From Octopus sinensis (lineage: Eukaryota): a DNA stretch of 64,000 nucleotides. How positions within the stretch are numbered: position 1 is the first letter of the stretch; each line of letters begins with the position of its first letter. A program made the position numbers and the translations under genes. A model generated the notes under the pieces. It searched no databases and was not told the DNA's origin. It saw nothing but the letters and a program-made list of their open reading frames with translations. The stretch covers positions 140,678,001 to 140,742,000 of the forward strand of contig NC_043000.1 of the NCBI RefSeq assembly GCF_006345805.1, read 5' to 3'. Shown in pieces: positions 38,460-52,339 of this stretch.

Positions 38460-39325
38460 CATAATAATAATAATCATAATCATAATCAAATCCAATCAAA
38501 ACAAATCAAAATAGATGAACATCAATGGAATTTGTATCTTTGTGGTACCAATGCCGGTGGCACACAAGAAAACCATCCGAACATGGCGGTAGCCAGTACC
38601 ACATCGACTGGCCTCCGTGCTGTGGGCACGTAACAAACACCATCCGATCGTGGCCGTTCGCCAGCCTCATCTGGCACCTGTGTTGGTGGCACATAAAAAC
38701 ACCATCCAAAGACCCGGCGAGACTAGTCAGGCCATAACCCGTGGCCCCTACCTGGGACGTAGTCAGTCTACCTGTGCATACCTTCCTTCTTATGACACTT
38801 GTGAAGACCTGTTGAGGCAAGTATGTGACACTTGTGAAGACCTGTTGAGGCAAGTGAAAATCAAACCAAATCAAAATAGATGAACATCAATGGAATTTGT
38901 ATCTTTGTGGTACCAGTGCCGGTGGCACACAAGAAAACCATCCGAACGTGGCCGTAGCCAGTACCGCATCGACTGGCCTCCGTGCTGTGGGCACATAACA
39001 AACACCATCCAGGCACGTAACAAACACCATCCGATCGTGGCCGTTCGCCAGCCTCATCTGGCACTTGTGTCGGTGGCACATAAAAACACCATCCGAGCGT
39101 GGCCGTTCGCCAGCCTCGTCTGGCACCTGTGTCGGTGGCACATAAAATCACCCACTACACTCTCGGAGTGGTTGGCGTTAGGAAGGGCATCCAGCTGTAG
39201 AAACACTGCTAGATCAGACTGGAGCCTGGTGCAGCCTTCGGGCTCCCCAGACTCCAGTTGAACCGTCCAACCCATGCTAGCATGGAAAGCGGACGTTAAA
39301 CGATGATGATGATGAGGATGATGAT
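38135..39325 (+). mobile_element. RTE 3'-UTR (family E) with tandem internal duplications
   Basis: UTR blocks recur at about 38135, 38505 and 38870, including the ORF-end GAAGACCCGG segment twice; (GAT)n tail. Confidence 0.82.
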
Positions 39326-41175
39326 GTACAGCTGCATAAAAATACATGTATACACATAAACACATGATAGATATACATTACGACAGATAGGTTTCTGCAT
39401 ATTTTCCATCCATGAAATTTCACTCAAACGATATAAGGCTACGATAGAAGACACTTCCATGAGGTGCTGAGCAATGGGATTGAATGCAGAACCACATGGT
39501 TGTAGAGTGGACCTCTTAACAACACAACCATTCCTACACCCATCCTGTGAACTTTTGACTGCTATACATGATCTCACACATGATAGAAATTAAACAATAA
39601 TCACATTAACATTAATGAATTGTTGCAGGTCTAAACACTTCATACTCAGCCTCCTGAACTGTCACTTTCTTTCAATAAATGAAATTCCAGTGAGTGAGTG
39701 AGGGTGGGACATTAAATTATAATAGCCTTTCTTCTTTCAAACAGACCTTGTAGTTTCAAAGGAAATTGCTTCGGTAGAGGATGTTGCAGACTCCTTGCAT
39801 AAACAATAATATGATGTTTATTGCTTCTCGTTTTCTCAGTTCTTTAATTCAATTCATGCACGAGGTCATTCTGCAATCAGCATAGTAATTAACGACAAGC
39901 TCCCAGCTTCACCTCTAAATCATGCCTCTACTGTTGTGCAACACATAATTCAGATAATTATTTTTCAATTTATGAATTAGAAAATTAGCCTTGCCCTTCT
40001 CTAAAGTTAGCATTCAAATTATATTTCTCATTGAATAAGTAATTTTCTTGCTTATATCATCTCTATTTAGATAGAAACTTTAACAGTTAATGGAAGGTCA
40101 CATGCTTGACTGGGTTATTTATGAGCACAGAGTCTTCACCCGGAATGTGTGGACCGAAACATTAAGAATTATTTTCTCACAAAATAATTATATATCCTAT
40201 CAAGTTGTTCTAAACTTAGAAACTATATCAAATACTGTTATATACACAAGTATTGTATTGTTATATAAAGTGTTAACATACTTAATGCAGTGAACTAAAA
40301 TATATTTTAATTAATGAAAATCAACCTGGTAATTAAAGAGATACATTGGCAGAGTCATTAGAGCACTGGATGGAATGCCACGTGCTATTTGCTTCAATGC
40401 TCTGCACTCAGTGTTCAAATCCTGCTGTAGTCAACTTTGCCATTTGCTCTTACAAGGTTGATAAAAAGAACCAACCTAGGAAAGTGAAATGATGGACCTA
40501 TAAGAATAGCACACTAGATGCCTTGTGGTACTTGTGGATTTTGCATTGAGTTCAATTTACCCTATGGCTTTCTTGTGTTGCCTCATTAGACACCATCATT
40601 CAGTACCTTCAGTATCAATACATTTAAGAGAGTCCTCTTTGCTGTAAGCATTCAGACCAGGTCTCTGATTTGAGAGTACCACCCCATCTCATCCACACAA
40701 GTCAGAGGCCTTGTAGAAGCATCATAGGCACAGCCTTGACTCTTCATTAAAAGATGAAAAACAATGAATAAATAAATAAGTTAAACACTTAGGAGAAAAG
40801 TCATTAGCCTAATAACATTCTGATTTAAAAAGGCAACACCAAACTGTAAACTAATTAAAATTTGAACAGGGGTGATCATAAAGTATGGGAGAGTCTACTT
40901 TCTGACAAATATGGTGACAGCACCAAAATTATGCAGGTGTAATTTCACCCATTACCACTGACATTAATTAAGTTGTACACAGATATTTGAACTGCATTTC
41001 ATATTGAAAGTAGAGATTTGTTTAATGCCAAGAATTTTGTAGATTCGGCTTACTGAAGCTGAACTCTTTAATTGAGAAAAATGAGAAATTATGAAATGGG
41101 ATAAGTAACAAAATACTCTTTGCTTTTATATCCCCCACCCAAAACATTACCAGTTTTATATCAAATTACATACAT

Positions 41176-41225
<50 letters not shown>

Positions 41226-41670
41226 ATAAGGTAATATGAAATAATTTATATACATATGTATTTATATGTGTGTGCTTGCGTATGTATACTTGTATAAAAT
41301 ATGTGTATGAAACCATGTAATATGTGTACATTATGTATTTGTCAAAAATATTGTGTAAATGTAATTTTCATCTGCTTTGATCAAAAAAGTCATCATGTTT
41401 CAGAAATGTGACACAAATACGAACATGAATCATTATGTTTAGCTTACCAAATTACAAATATAAGATGATTTATCCTGTTTTACATTTCATCATTAAAATG
41501 TATACTTTCCATTTAATATACATCTAAACATATGGACACGTGTACACTGGACACATGCAGGAACACACAGACACATACACATATCTATCTACCTGTCTGT
41601 CTGTCTGTTTGTCTTTCTGTCTTACTGCCTGTCTTTCCGTATGTGCATATATATATATATACATATTTGT

Positions 41671-41868
41671 AAAAAGAAAAAAAAATGACTTCACTGATGG
41701 TTCTAATCAACTTGATTTATTATTTTTTAATTTTTTAATAATATAAATTTTAGTTCATAAATCTAGTAAGTTCTTTAAACAATGAACCTACTAGATTTAT
41801 GAACTAAAATTTATATTATTAAAAAATAAAAAGATAATAAATCAGTGAAGTCTTTCTTTTTCTTTTTT
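41671..41868. repeat. long AT-rich inverted repeat (foldback or MITE-like)
   Basis: GACTTCACTGAT...TAATAATATAAATTTTAGTTCATAAATCTAGTA pairs with TACTAGATTTATGAACTAAAATTTATATTATTA...ATCAGTGAAGTC. Confidence 0.85.
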
Positions 41869-41903
41869 CAGATATACCCAACTGTACCAAGGATCTCACA
41901 TAT

Positions 41904-42030
<127 letters not shown>

Positions 42031-42615
42031 TATAAAGCACAATGACGTTCACACATACACATGTATATACACATATGAATACATATATATGTGTGTGTGT
42101 GATGTGTATATGCATATGTGATATGTGTGATATGTATATGTATGTGTAGTTATGTGGTTGAGACATTTATTTTGCAGCTATGTAGGTGAGTACACCACCC
42201 TATTCAAGTATCTTCGTGTAGTCTCAAATTTATTAAAGCCATATAAGCAAAATCTGTTAAATGAAAACTGTGTTGGGTAGGTTGATAGGGGTAGGCAGGT
42301 AGGTAGGTGAGTGGGAAAGAAGGCAGGAAGAAAAGAAGGAAATTCTGATAGTAGACTTTAAGAATGAATATGCATATCAAGGAAACAATCTTCTACCTCA
42401 CAATCTCTAATGAAAAACTCAACTAAACCCTTCAAAGTCACGATGCATACTAAGAAGATTCTCAAATCTTTGATGAACTTTTATATCAACCCCACATGTA
42501 CAACAATGTTGATCGTTGGTCAAGGATTAACTTAAGAACCAGAAAGTACTTTAGCCTTGAAACCAGTTATTGACATTCAACAAGGTTGAGGTTGATATAT
42601 TGTATAACATATATG

Positions 42616-42845
42616 TATTTCTTTACTACGCACAAGGGGCTAAAAATAGTGGGGACAAACAAGGACAGACAAAGGGATTAAGCCGATTACATAGACCCCA
42701 GTATGCAACTGGTACTTTATTTATCGACCCCAAAAGGATGAAAGGCAAAGTCGACCTCGGCGTAATTTAAACTCAGAACGCAACGACAGACGAAATACCG
42801 CTAAGCGTTTCGCTCAGCGCGCTAACGTTTCTGCCGGCTCACCGT
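42616..42845 (-). mobile_element. SINE family C
   Basis: Family C match; TSD GTATAACATATATG. Confidence 0.87.
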
Positions 42846-44129
42846 ATAACATATATGGGATGGTTCACCTGTTACAACTACCCACTCATCCTTGACTGTA
42901 GTTAGCAATAAATTATTCTATTTACAGGCAGTGATGCAGACTAGCATATTGCAAGTACTTTCCTCTGTTTGAGTCACTTATCACAGCTAGTTAGTACAGA
43001 AGACCCTATTGCTTTTCTGAACTAACTAGCTGCATACTCACTTCATCTTCTCCAGGCTCAAATGCCCCTACCTGTCACTCCACTTCTCATTATCTTCACT
43101 GCATGTTACTTCTGAGACACTTTATCAAATGCTTCATTTAATCTCATTATGCTCCTTCTTTTAGTAACTAGCACAAAAAGAGAGAGAGAGAGAGAAGTAA
43201 GAAAATTTTATGCTCTTTGCATCATTTCCTGTACTTATAAACATAAAGAATATTTTCCCAAATGTTCTTACAGCTTAATGCTTCTCAAATTTTCTTATGG
43301 TTTATCATTTCTGACGCCTCACTTAGGGTTGCATCCAGTTATTTGTGTGAAATACAAACTTTGCATTGAATATTCTTAGTAGTACAATGAGTAATTGAGT
43401 ATTTTTTTTTACTACTTCAAAACACATTTGTTTCATTATCATCATCATCATCATCATCGTTTAATGTCTGCTTTCCATGGTAGCATGCGTTGGACAAGTA
43501 AATGCAGGCATGGCTGTGTGGTTAGGGAGCTTGCTTCCTAGCTACATGGTTTCTGGTTCAGTCCCACTGTGTGGCACTAGCTCTGGGCTGACCGAAGCTT
43601 TGTGATTGAATTTGGTAGGTGGAAGTTACTGCAGTGTGTGTATATGTGTGCATAGGTGCTTGTGCCTCTTCGAGAGAGAGAGGGATTTGTTTGATAATAT
43701 TCATTTTTTGATCGATCCATATCTCTAACATAGCCTTAGATGGATGGGATGGGGCATCATCTGCTTTGAGTGATATTTTCTATAGATCTTGTGTTGCATT
43801 ATTCATAAGGAAAGCAAACTCAAGGGCTGTCCTGGGTTGCACAAACACTATCTAATTACTGTTCCATAGACATCATATATTTGCACAACAACAGTTTTCT
43901 GTCTTGCATGATGAATATTATTTCTTTGAAGCTCAGTTTTCTCCTCAGCTTATTTGTGATCCATCATCAATGTACACTGACATTACACATCCGGCAGAGT
44001 ATGCTTGCTTCATTTCTAGTGAGGTGGTTTGCAAGATTTTTATTTTTTGGTTTTCCTACACACATTTCAACTATTTTATCCTTTATTATTATTTTATTTT
44101 AGTTCTTTCATTATGGTTCCTGTCTATAT

Positions 44130-44499
44130 ACTCTTTTTTACTCTCTCTTTCACTTGTTTCAGTCATTTGACTGCGGCCATGCTGGAGCACCGCCTTTAGT
44201 CGAGCAAATCGACCCCAGGACTTATTCTTTGTAAGCCTAGTACTTATTCTATCATTCTCTTTTGCCGAACTGCTAAGTTACGGGGACGTAAACACACCAG
44301 CATCAGTTGTCAAGCAATGTTGGGGTGACAAACACAGACACACAGCTTCAGTTTCTGTCTACCAAATCCACTCACAAGGCTTTGGTCGGCCTGAGGCTAA
44401 AGTAGAAGACACTTGTCCAAGGTGCCACGCAGTGGGACTGAACCCAGAACCATGTTGTTGGTAAGCAGGCTACTTACCACACAGCCACTCCTGCGCCTA
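44130..44499 (-). mobile_element. SINE family A lacking the internal microsatellite
   Basis: Family A match with an internal deletion. Confidence 0.87.
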
Positions 44500-44894
44500 T
44501 ATCTTGCACTGTATCTCAGTAATTGATATGTTTTCACTTTCAGAGTCTGCTTCTTCTTCATTGTCAACAACAGTTGATATTATTTCACTTTGGATTGCCA
44601 TCATCTTCCACATAACATACAGACTATAACCAGTTAAAAAATTTTAATATGAAATATACGAAAAACATTTCTTCTAGTATTATAAAAAATTATATATCTA
44701 TTATCTTTCTTTCCCCCTCCAAACAGTGTCTTGTAGATTAGAGTTGAGAAAATGACTCTCTATCTATAAGGCTTGTTACTAGGTGAGTCATAATAATGGT
44801 AATAATTACTTACATAAGCACAAGGCCATAAAATTGGTGAGCGGGTACAGTTAATTATATTTTATGATCGTATCATAATGTAAGTATCAGTTCT

Positions 44895-44926
44895 TGTCCA
44901 ATAACAATAATAATAATAAAAATAAC

Positions 44927-44958
<32 letters not shown>

Positions 44959-44969
44959 TAATAATAATG

Positions 44970-45006
<37 letters not shown>

Positions 45007-45410
45007 TAACAATAATAATGATAATAATGATAATAATGATAATAATAATAATAATGATAATAATGATAATAATAATGATAATAATGATAATAATAATAAT
45101 AATAATAATAATGATAATAATAATAATAATGATAATAATAATAATAATAATAATGATAATAATGATAATAATAATGATAATAATAATAATAATGATAATA
45201 ATAATAATAATAATGATAATAATAATAATAATAATGATAATAATAATGATAATAATAATAATAATAATAATAATGATAATAATAATAATAATGATAATGA
45301 TAATAATAATAATAATGATAATAATAATAATAATAATGATAATAATGATAATAATAATGATAATAATAATGATAATAATAATAATAATAATAATAATGAT
45401 AATAATAATA

Positions 45411-45441
<31 letters not shown>

Positions 45442-45473
45442 TAATGATAATAATGATAATAATAATAATAATT

Positions 45474-45539
<66 letters not shown>

Positions 45540-45557
45540 TCAACAATAACAACAATA
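44895..45557. repeat. long (AAT)n microsatellite with GAT interruptions
   Basis: About 660 bp, directly visible; source of the poly-N and poly-I ORFs. Confidence 0.97.
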
Positions 45558-45839
45558 GTGTATTGTAAATTGTTTGAGGCATTTCAATGTGTGTGTAAAT
45601 GATATAAATGTTGGGAAAAACTTTGAGTGCTGTAGGTGAGAAGTTAAGCAAAATGTGTAAGGTGATATTTATGAAAGCAAACAGAGAAATATATTCTATT
45701 GCCTTACATTGATTTTTTTAAAGTCTTATAATATTTCAGGGAAAATTCCCCTTTTCAGATAGCTAAAAGTAAATAATCATCAAGGATACTCACTTCCTGG
45801 TCTGGTAGTTAATTTGGAAGTTAGAAGTAGATCAATGGC

Positions 45840-46630
45840 TAGTGAGAGTCGTTCAAGACATTTGCAAGGGTACCATCACTGAGGTGACAGCAATGAATAC
45901 AGCAACAAATGTAGTGTGCAGTTATGAGTTCGCAAGGGCTCAGCTCTCACTCCCCACCTGTTAGTCCTCCTGGTCAAGACAGAAGAGTTTAAGACTGGTT
46001 GCCCCTGGGAACTCCTCTATGTTGATGATCTTGTTCTTATAATTGAATCTATACTCTCTCTTTTACTCTTTTACTTGTTTCAGTCATTTAACTGTGGCCA
46101 TGGTGGAGCACCGCCTTTAATCGAGCAACTCGACCCCGGGACTTATTCTTTTGTAAGCCCAGTACTTATTCTATCGGTCTCTTTTGCCGAACCGCTAAGT
46201 AAAGGGGACATAAACACACCAGCATCGGTTGTCAAGCAATGCTAGGGGGACAAACACAGACACACAAACATACACACACACATATATATATATATGTACA
46301 TATATACGCCGGGCTTCTACCAAATCCACTCACAAGGCATTGGTCAGCCCAAGGCTATAGCAGAAAACACTTGCCCAAGGTGCCACGCAGTGGGACTGAA
46401 CCCGGAACCATGTGATTGGTAAGCAAGCTACTTACCACACAGCCACTCCTGCACCTATAGTAGAACTAGAAAAGAAATTTTAGATGTGGAAGTAAAGCCT
46501 GAAATTAAATGGCCTTAGAATTAACTTAGCATAGACCAAACTTGTAATAAGGAAGGAAGCAGGCAGTACATTAATCCATGCTGGAAAATGGTCTTGTTCA
46601 ATATCAAAAATTTCCATACGGTGTACCTAT
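45840..46630 (+). pseudogene. decayed RTE reverse transcriptase fragment split by a minus-strand SINE A (46054-46458)
   Basis: GSALTP.LLV...EEFKTGCPWELLYVDDLVLIIES before the SINE; ELEKKF*MWK...GLRINLA..GKWSCS after it; CTATA on both sides. Confidence 0.75.
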
Positions 46631-46966
46631 TACAAAATACAGTAATGCACTGTAGTGATACATGTGAATTCAATACAAAGAATGTTAAAATATTCAAGAG
46701 AAATGAAGCAAGTATATTCTACAGGATGTGTAATGGTGATGTATATGAATGATGGATCACAAATGAGCTGTGAAAAAAAAAGAACAAAAAAAAAGCTTCT
46801 GTAGTAAATTGAAAACCAAATCAACAAATTGCTAAGCAAAAGTCACAGTTTAGTAATAGCCATTTCATGTGATAGGCCAATTAACTGACCAATCAGCATG
46901 GTGTCATCCCATGGTGCAACCTTCTAGAATATTCCAGAATTTCTCTTAAAGAAGCTTATTAATAAA

Positions 46967-47270
46967 CTAGCAGTATCACCCGGTGTTGCTCGGGTTTGTA
47001 TGGGAAATAACTATATAAGCATTTTTAGAGAGTTACTTCCCTTATATAATAGCAAAAAAAATGCATTAAAAATGGGAAAAAATGCTGGTAAATTTTTTTT
47101 TAAATCGTAGACTCATCATAGATGTGCGCTAATACCCAGAAGGGCTCGATATGAAACACGACTATAAGATACCCGCTTTTGGTTAAACTGCACCGCAAAA
47201 TGTGGGAGTAGTTAGGAATCTAAATCGTAGGAGACAGACACTCACACAACTTCATTTTTATATATAAAGA
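46967..47270 (-). mobile_element. non-autonomous Helitron
   Basis: A|TCTTTATATATAAAAATGAAGTTG ... CCCGAGCAACACCGGGTGATACTGCTAG|T. Confidence 0.82.
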
Positions 47271-47701
47271 TGAGCTCTGGGTACCAAATTTCAGAATGTT
47301 GGCAAATGCTGCCACGAAAGCCATATTCTCATTTTCCAGCTTTTAACAGTTGTTTTAACAACTTCTTATTCAACCAAGCAGATGGCAGCCATGGTATTGC
47401 AGTCATGAATTTAGGATGACGTATCTACAGTATTCACTGCATTTTCACAGAGCTTGTTTAACCAACTATTCTGATGTAACTACAGAATTGCCTTTCCCGG
47501 TGTGTATATTTTGTTGTTGCATTATTAATTCAGGACCAACATGGAAAATATTTCGTGCGGTGAATAAAGTTACAACTAATTGTTCATGAGGTGTTGTTCT
47601 TCACTCTCACATTGCCACTCAAACGCCGTGTGACACCTCTTTCCTTTTGATCTCTTCTGTTGACGAAGTTATAGGAACACCATTGAGACATTTGGTATAC
47701 C

Positions 47702-48114
47702 TATTTCTTTACTACCCACAAGGGGCTACACAGAGGGGACAAACAAGTACAGACAAACGGAATAAGTCGATTACATTGACCTCAGTGCGTAACTGGTACT
47801 TAATTTATTGACCCCGAAAGGATGAAAGGCAAAGTCGACCTTGGCAGAATTTGAACTCAGAACATAATGGCAGATGTAATATATATTTCTTTACTACCCA
47901 CAAGGGGCTAAACATAGAGGGGACAAACAAGGATAGACAAACATATTAAGTCGATTACATCGACCTCAGTGGGTAACTGGTACTTAATTTATTGACCCCG
48001 AAAGGATGAAAGGCAAAGTCGATCTTGGCAGAATTTGAACTCAGAACATAACGGCAGACGTAATATAGCTACGCATTTCGCCTGGTGTGCTAACGTCTCT
48101 GCCAGCTTGCTGCC
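47702..48114 (-). mobile_element. SINE family C partial dimer
   Basis: One full unit plus a second headless unit, flanked by a 21-bp TSD CATT(G/A)AGACATTTGGTATACC. Confidence 0.88.
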
Positions 48115-48429
48115 TTTTCATTAAGACATTTGGTATACCATAGGCATTTTAAACCAGAGGTAAATCCTTCCTTCTTTCTCCATGTCTAGCAGAAAACAAT
48201 TTGTTGTAGAAGGAAAAAGAAGAGAGAACGAGATAGAGAAATAGAATCAACACAAATATCAGATTGATAATTGATCGATTGACCTTGAAAGTATGAAAAG
48301 CAAAGTTTGATTGCAGAAGGGTTTGAACTCCAAGCAGAGACAGCCAGAATAAATGCCACAAGGTATGTTAATTAGTGCTGCTAATTGGTAACAGATGTAG
48401 GGTGCAAGAGAAAAAACTTGAGTAGTATG

Positions 48430-48647
48430 TATTTCACTACTGCCCACAAGGGGCTAAACACAGAGGGGACAAACGGATTATGTCGATTACATCGACCCCA
48501 GGGTGTAACTGGTACTTAATTTATCGACCTCGAAAGGATGAAAGGCAAAGTCGACCTCGGTGGAATTTGAACTCAGAATGTAACAGCAGACGAAATACGG
48601 CTACGCATTTCGCCCGGCGTGCTACCGAGTCTGCCAGCTCGCCGCCC
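48430..48647 (-). mobile_element. SINE family C
   Basis: Family C match. Confidence 0.85.
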
Positions 48648-49031
48648 TGCAAACTTGAGTAGTATGGACATGTAACACATATAGATAATGATAGTTTGCC
48701 AAAAAAAAAAAAAATGGTCCAAATGGAAAAAATCTGAGAGAGACAAGGAAAGAACTAGTGAAAGCTGCTCTCTTATATGATTCAGTCTCGGAAGGCTGAA
48801 CTTCATTGGCAATAACAAATGACTGCGACTAATGAAAATAACTCTATACTGGAGAAGAGCTGCAACACATACGAAAATAGTAAATAAATGCATGATGAGG
48901 ATGATGGTAGTGGCAGCTGTGGTAGTAGAGGTGTTGATGGAGATTATGATGATAGTCACAATGACAATGATGATATTCTACTCAGATTTGATTTAATTAA
49001 TAATTTTTTTTTCTAGAAATTAATTAACTAA

Positions 49032-49193
49032 TAGGTGCAGGAGTAGCTGTGATAAGTAGCTTGCTTACCAGCCACATGGTTCTGGGTTCAGTCCCATGGC
49101 GTGTCACCTTCGGCAAGTGCCTTCTGCTACAGCCTCGGGCTGACCAAAGCCTTGTGAATGGATTTGGTATACAGAAACTGCAAGAAGCCTGTC

Positions 49194-49235
<42 letters not shown>

Positions 49236-49440
49236 CTGTGTTTGTCCCCACCATCATCACTTGACAACTGATATTGGTGTGTTTATGTTCCCGTAACTTA
49301 ACAGTTCAGCAAAAGAGATCGATAGAATAAGTACTAGGCTTATAAAGAATAAGTCCTGAGGTTGATTTGCTCGACTAAAAAGGTGGTGCTCCAGCATGAG
49401 CACAGTCAAATGATTGAAACAAATAAAAGAATAAAAGAAT
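49032..49440 (+). mobile_element. SINE family A
   Basis: Family A match. Confidence 0.87.
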
Positions 49441-51074
49441 AATTAACAAAACATTTCTATCCGAACTGAACTAGAATAACTGGCAAATTCTAGCTTGGTA
49501 CTATATACAGGTGATTGAGTAAAACATCTGATGAGAGTAGCATAGCAAAAACATATGAAACTTAGTGTAGATGTAGATATTAAAATAGAAGAAAAAAAAA
49601 TCTTCATCTTTAAAGATTAGGTGAATAGTCTGAAAATTTACAAACCTATTACCAACTCATCTCAGATATTTAGAGGAAAATGGTTGGCCAGATACAAGTG
49701 AAAAATATATATTTAAGAAATTCAAAATATAAATATATATAAAGAAATTTAAAATGTAAAAAAAAGTATCAAATGTTATATAATTTGCATTTACATTCTC
49801 ATAGATTTTTGCCTCATTTCTACTTTTAAAAAAATAATTAACGATAACTTTAAAAACTAACATTACCCCAATATTATTGGATTTTTTATATATATCATTG
49901 TCATCTTGCATTATAAAAACAAAACTTGCCGTAAAATTATTTTATCCTTATTTTGGCTTTGTAAGGAAAAAAAAAATTGGAAACAAAAGAAAAAAGTAAT
50001 AGTGTTATCTATTTAAATATATATTTCTACTGGTTGGTGAATATAATTTTCTTTAGACTGCTTAGATTTCTAAATGATCATTATTATGTTAATTACAACA
50101 TCCAAAAGACTTATATAAGGCTAGTTTCAATAATTATGGTGGTCATGCTCTGAACATGGAACCGTTAGTTAAGAGAATGTCCGCTGTCGACAGACAGGCT
50201 TCTTGCTTAATATTAGGGGTGGTGAAAAAGTGCTGATATAAAATGCTTTTTCTCTACTTCATACCCTTAGAATATAAGAGAATTCTATTTCAGCACGGTA
50301 ATAACTAGTAATTATGAGCAAGGAAAATCTTCCCTTGAGATTCGAGTTCTTACACTATGTTTATTTGATGTGAGAGAGAATCTTACTGAGATGCAAAGAA
50401 ATGAATTAGGAACCTAAGATATTCAGATTATTATGTTTCCAATAGATAATAGGAGAGCAGATGCATTTAAATATCAACGTGTATGCTAACGAGCATGATT
50501 GTCTTGCATTGGTTGGCTCAAACTTTAGAAGTTTGTACAACAAATTAGAGATTTAGTTAAGAAGCATTTGAGTTCTAACTGGGTTTGATGATAAATATAG
50601 AGCAGTGGCCAAAATCTTAATAGTGAATAGCATACAGGAATGTTGGAAGAACATGCAGGAAACATGAATTAGATAAGAGAATTTCATAGAATATGCAATG
50701 CATACACTCAATCTTTCTTCCTTGAAATAAGGACAAGCTTGTTTTGGAATAAAACCAAAACAATAAATTATATAAATAAAATGATTGTGCAACTTCTTTA
50801 AGCTATCTCTAAATGAAGCACCTTACCTAAGATCAAGTAACTGCACTATAATATATGTATATATATATATATATACATACACACACACACATTATGATAG
50901 TTTTGACTTTGACTTACTCCTAGCGTGAGGCATTTATGTATAGTAATACCCTTAATATAAATAAATATTATTTAAAGGGAATAATTAATAAATATTTCCC
51001 TTATGAGGCTTTTCATGCTAACTACTTGATAATTTCTTATAAAGATTTCATCCTACATATATATATATATATAT

Positions 51075-51630
51075 GGTGGCTGCCCCCGTTATCGAGTATG
51101 GCTATTGCACAAAGCTTAATCAATGTTGTTATCATGCAATGCCTGTGCAAGAAGATATTTTTTTAAGTGAGGAAAGGCTGTGCACTGAGTCAATCCCACT
51201 CACTAAGCAACAGCAGCCGTAATCCGAAAAGAAGAACAAGTCAACATCATCGGTAACCACTGAGTCGCAGGTTTTATTTCGGAGTCATCCCAGTTACCTG
51301 AGTTACCTTCTCCTAGAAGGATGCCCTAACAAAGACTGGGAGTCCTTCACTCCCAATGGTTTCACTGTGCGATCGAGTATTCAGTTAGATTATTTCTATG
51401 TCCCCACGCATGATACAGCCTTAAGACATTTATTGGATGGCCGTTGACTCTCAAGAGTTCCTCCGCCCTTTGACGGGTTTTGTTTTTCATCCCGCAGAGT
51501 GACCAATAAACACCCTCCTCACCAAGCAAGCTTGGTGGGGTTGCCGGTTTAGTCGCCAACGACCCGACCATGCAACAGGTTGTACTGGGTTACATGTTAC
51601 CAGTAGCACTCAAAAGTGACCTGACACTAT
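51075..51630 (-). mobile_element. short non-coding element resembling an RTE 5' UTR (non-autonomous)
   Basis: GC-richer island within microsatellites. Minus strand has CTAGGAGAAGGTAACTC, which resembles RTE 5'-UTR motifs. A partial second copy lies at 60905-61025. Confidence 0.55.
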
Positions 51631-51770
51631 ATTCATACATACATACATACATACATACATACATGTGTGCACATACATACACACACACACACATATATAT
51701 ATATATACACACACACTCACACAATTATACACACATAAACACATATATATATGTATGTGTGTATATTATA

Positions 51771-51819
<49 letters not shown>

Positions 51820-51986
51820 TAATTGTTATCGCCATATTAATATGGCATTCTTATAGATATAAGAATAATCGCTGCCGCTGGTCAGCTCCATGAGGCCACC
51901 GCCTTAAGATAGCTATTGATACACGATCTGTATCCATTATAGAGACTTAGTAATTTTAATATTTCTAATATATATATATATATATA

Positions 51987-52180
51987 TCATCATCATCATT
52001 TTACGTCCGCTTTCCATGCTAGCATGGTTTGGACGGTTCAACTGGGGTCTGTGAAGCCAGAAGGCTGCATCAGGCCCAGTCTGATCTGGCAGTGTTTCTA
52101 CGGCTGGATGCCCTTCCTAACGCCAACCACTCCATGAGTGTAGTGGGTGCTTTTTACGTGCCACCCGCACAGGAGCCAGA
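51987..52180 (-). mobile_element. RTE 3'-UTR fragment (family E)
   Basis: Family E terminus. Confidence 0.8.
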
Positions 52181-52339
52181 CACGTGCTTGTTACTGCTTT
52201 TTTTAATAGTTCAAATTCTACTGACAAGGAAGGATCTAAACAGCAATTCAAGTCGCAAAAAGCAGTTTGGATTACAAAGTGAACTTCAGAAAATTGTCAT
52301 TGTTCTGTTTGCAGATTGTATTTTAAATGTATGTTACTT

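Noticed and set aside
44894-45602. 224-aa poly-Asn and 211-aa poly-Ile ORFs
   Set aside because: Translations of an (AAT)n microsatellite.
49520-49575. CTGATGA...GAAAC..GTA hammerhead-like motif
   Set aside because: Stem II does not pair, and stem I pairs only by consuming the core C.
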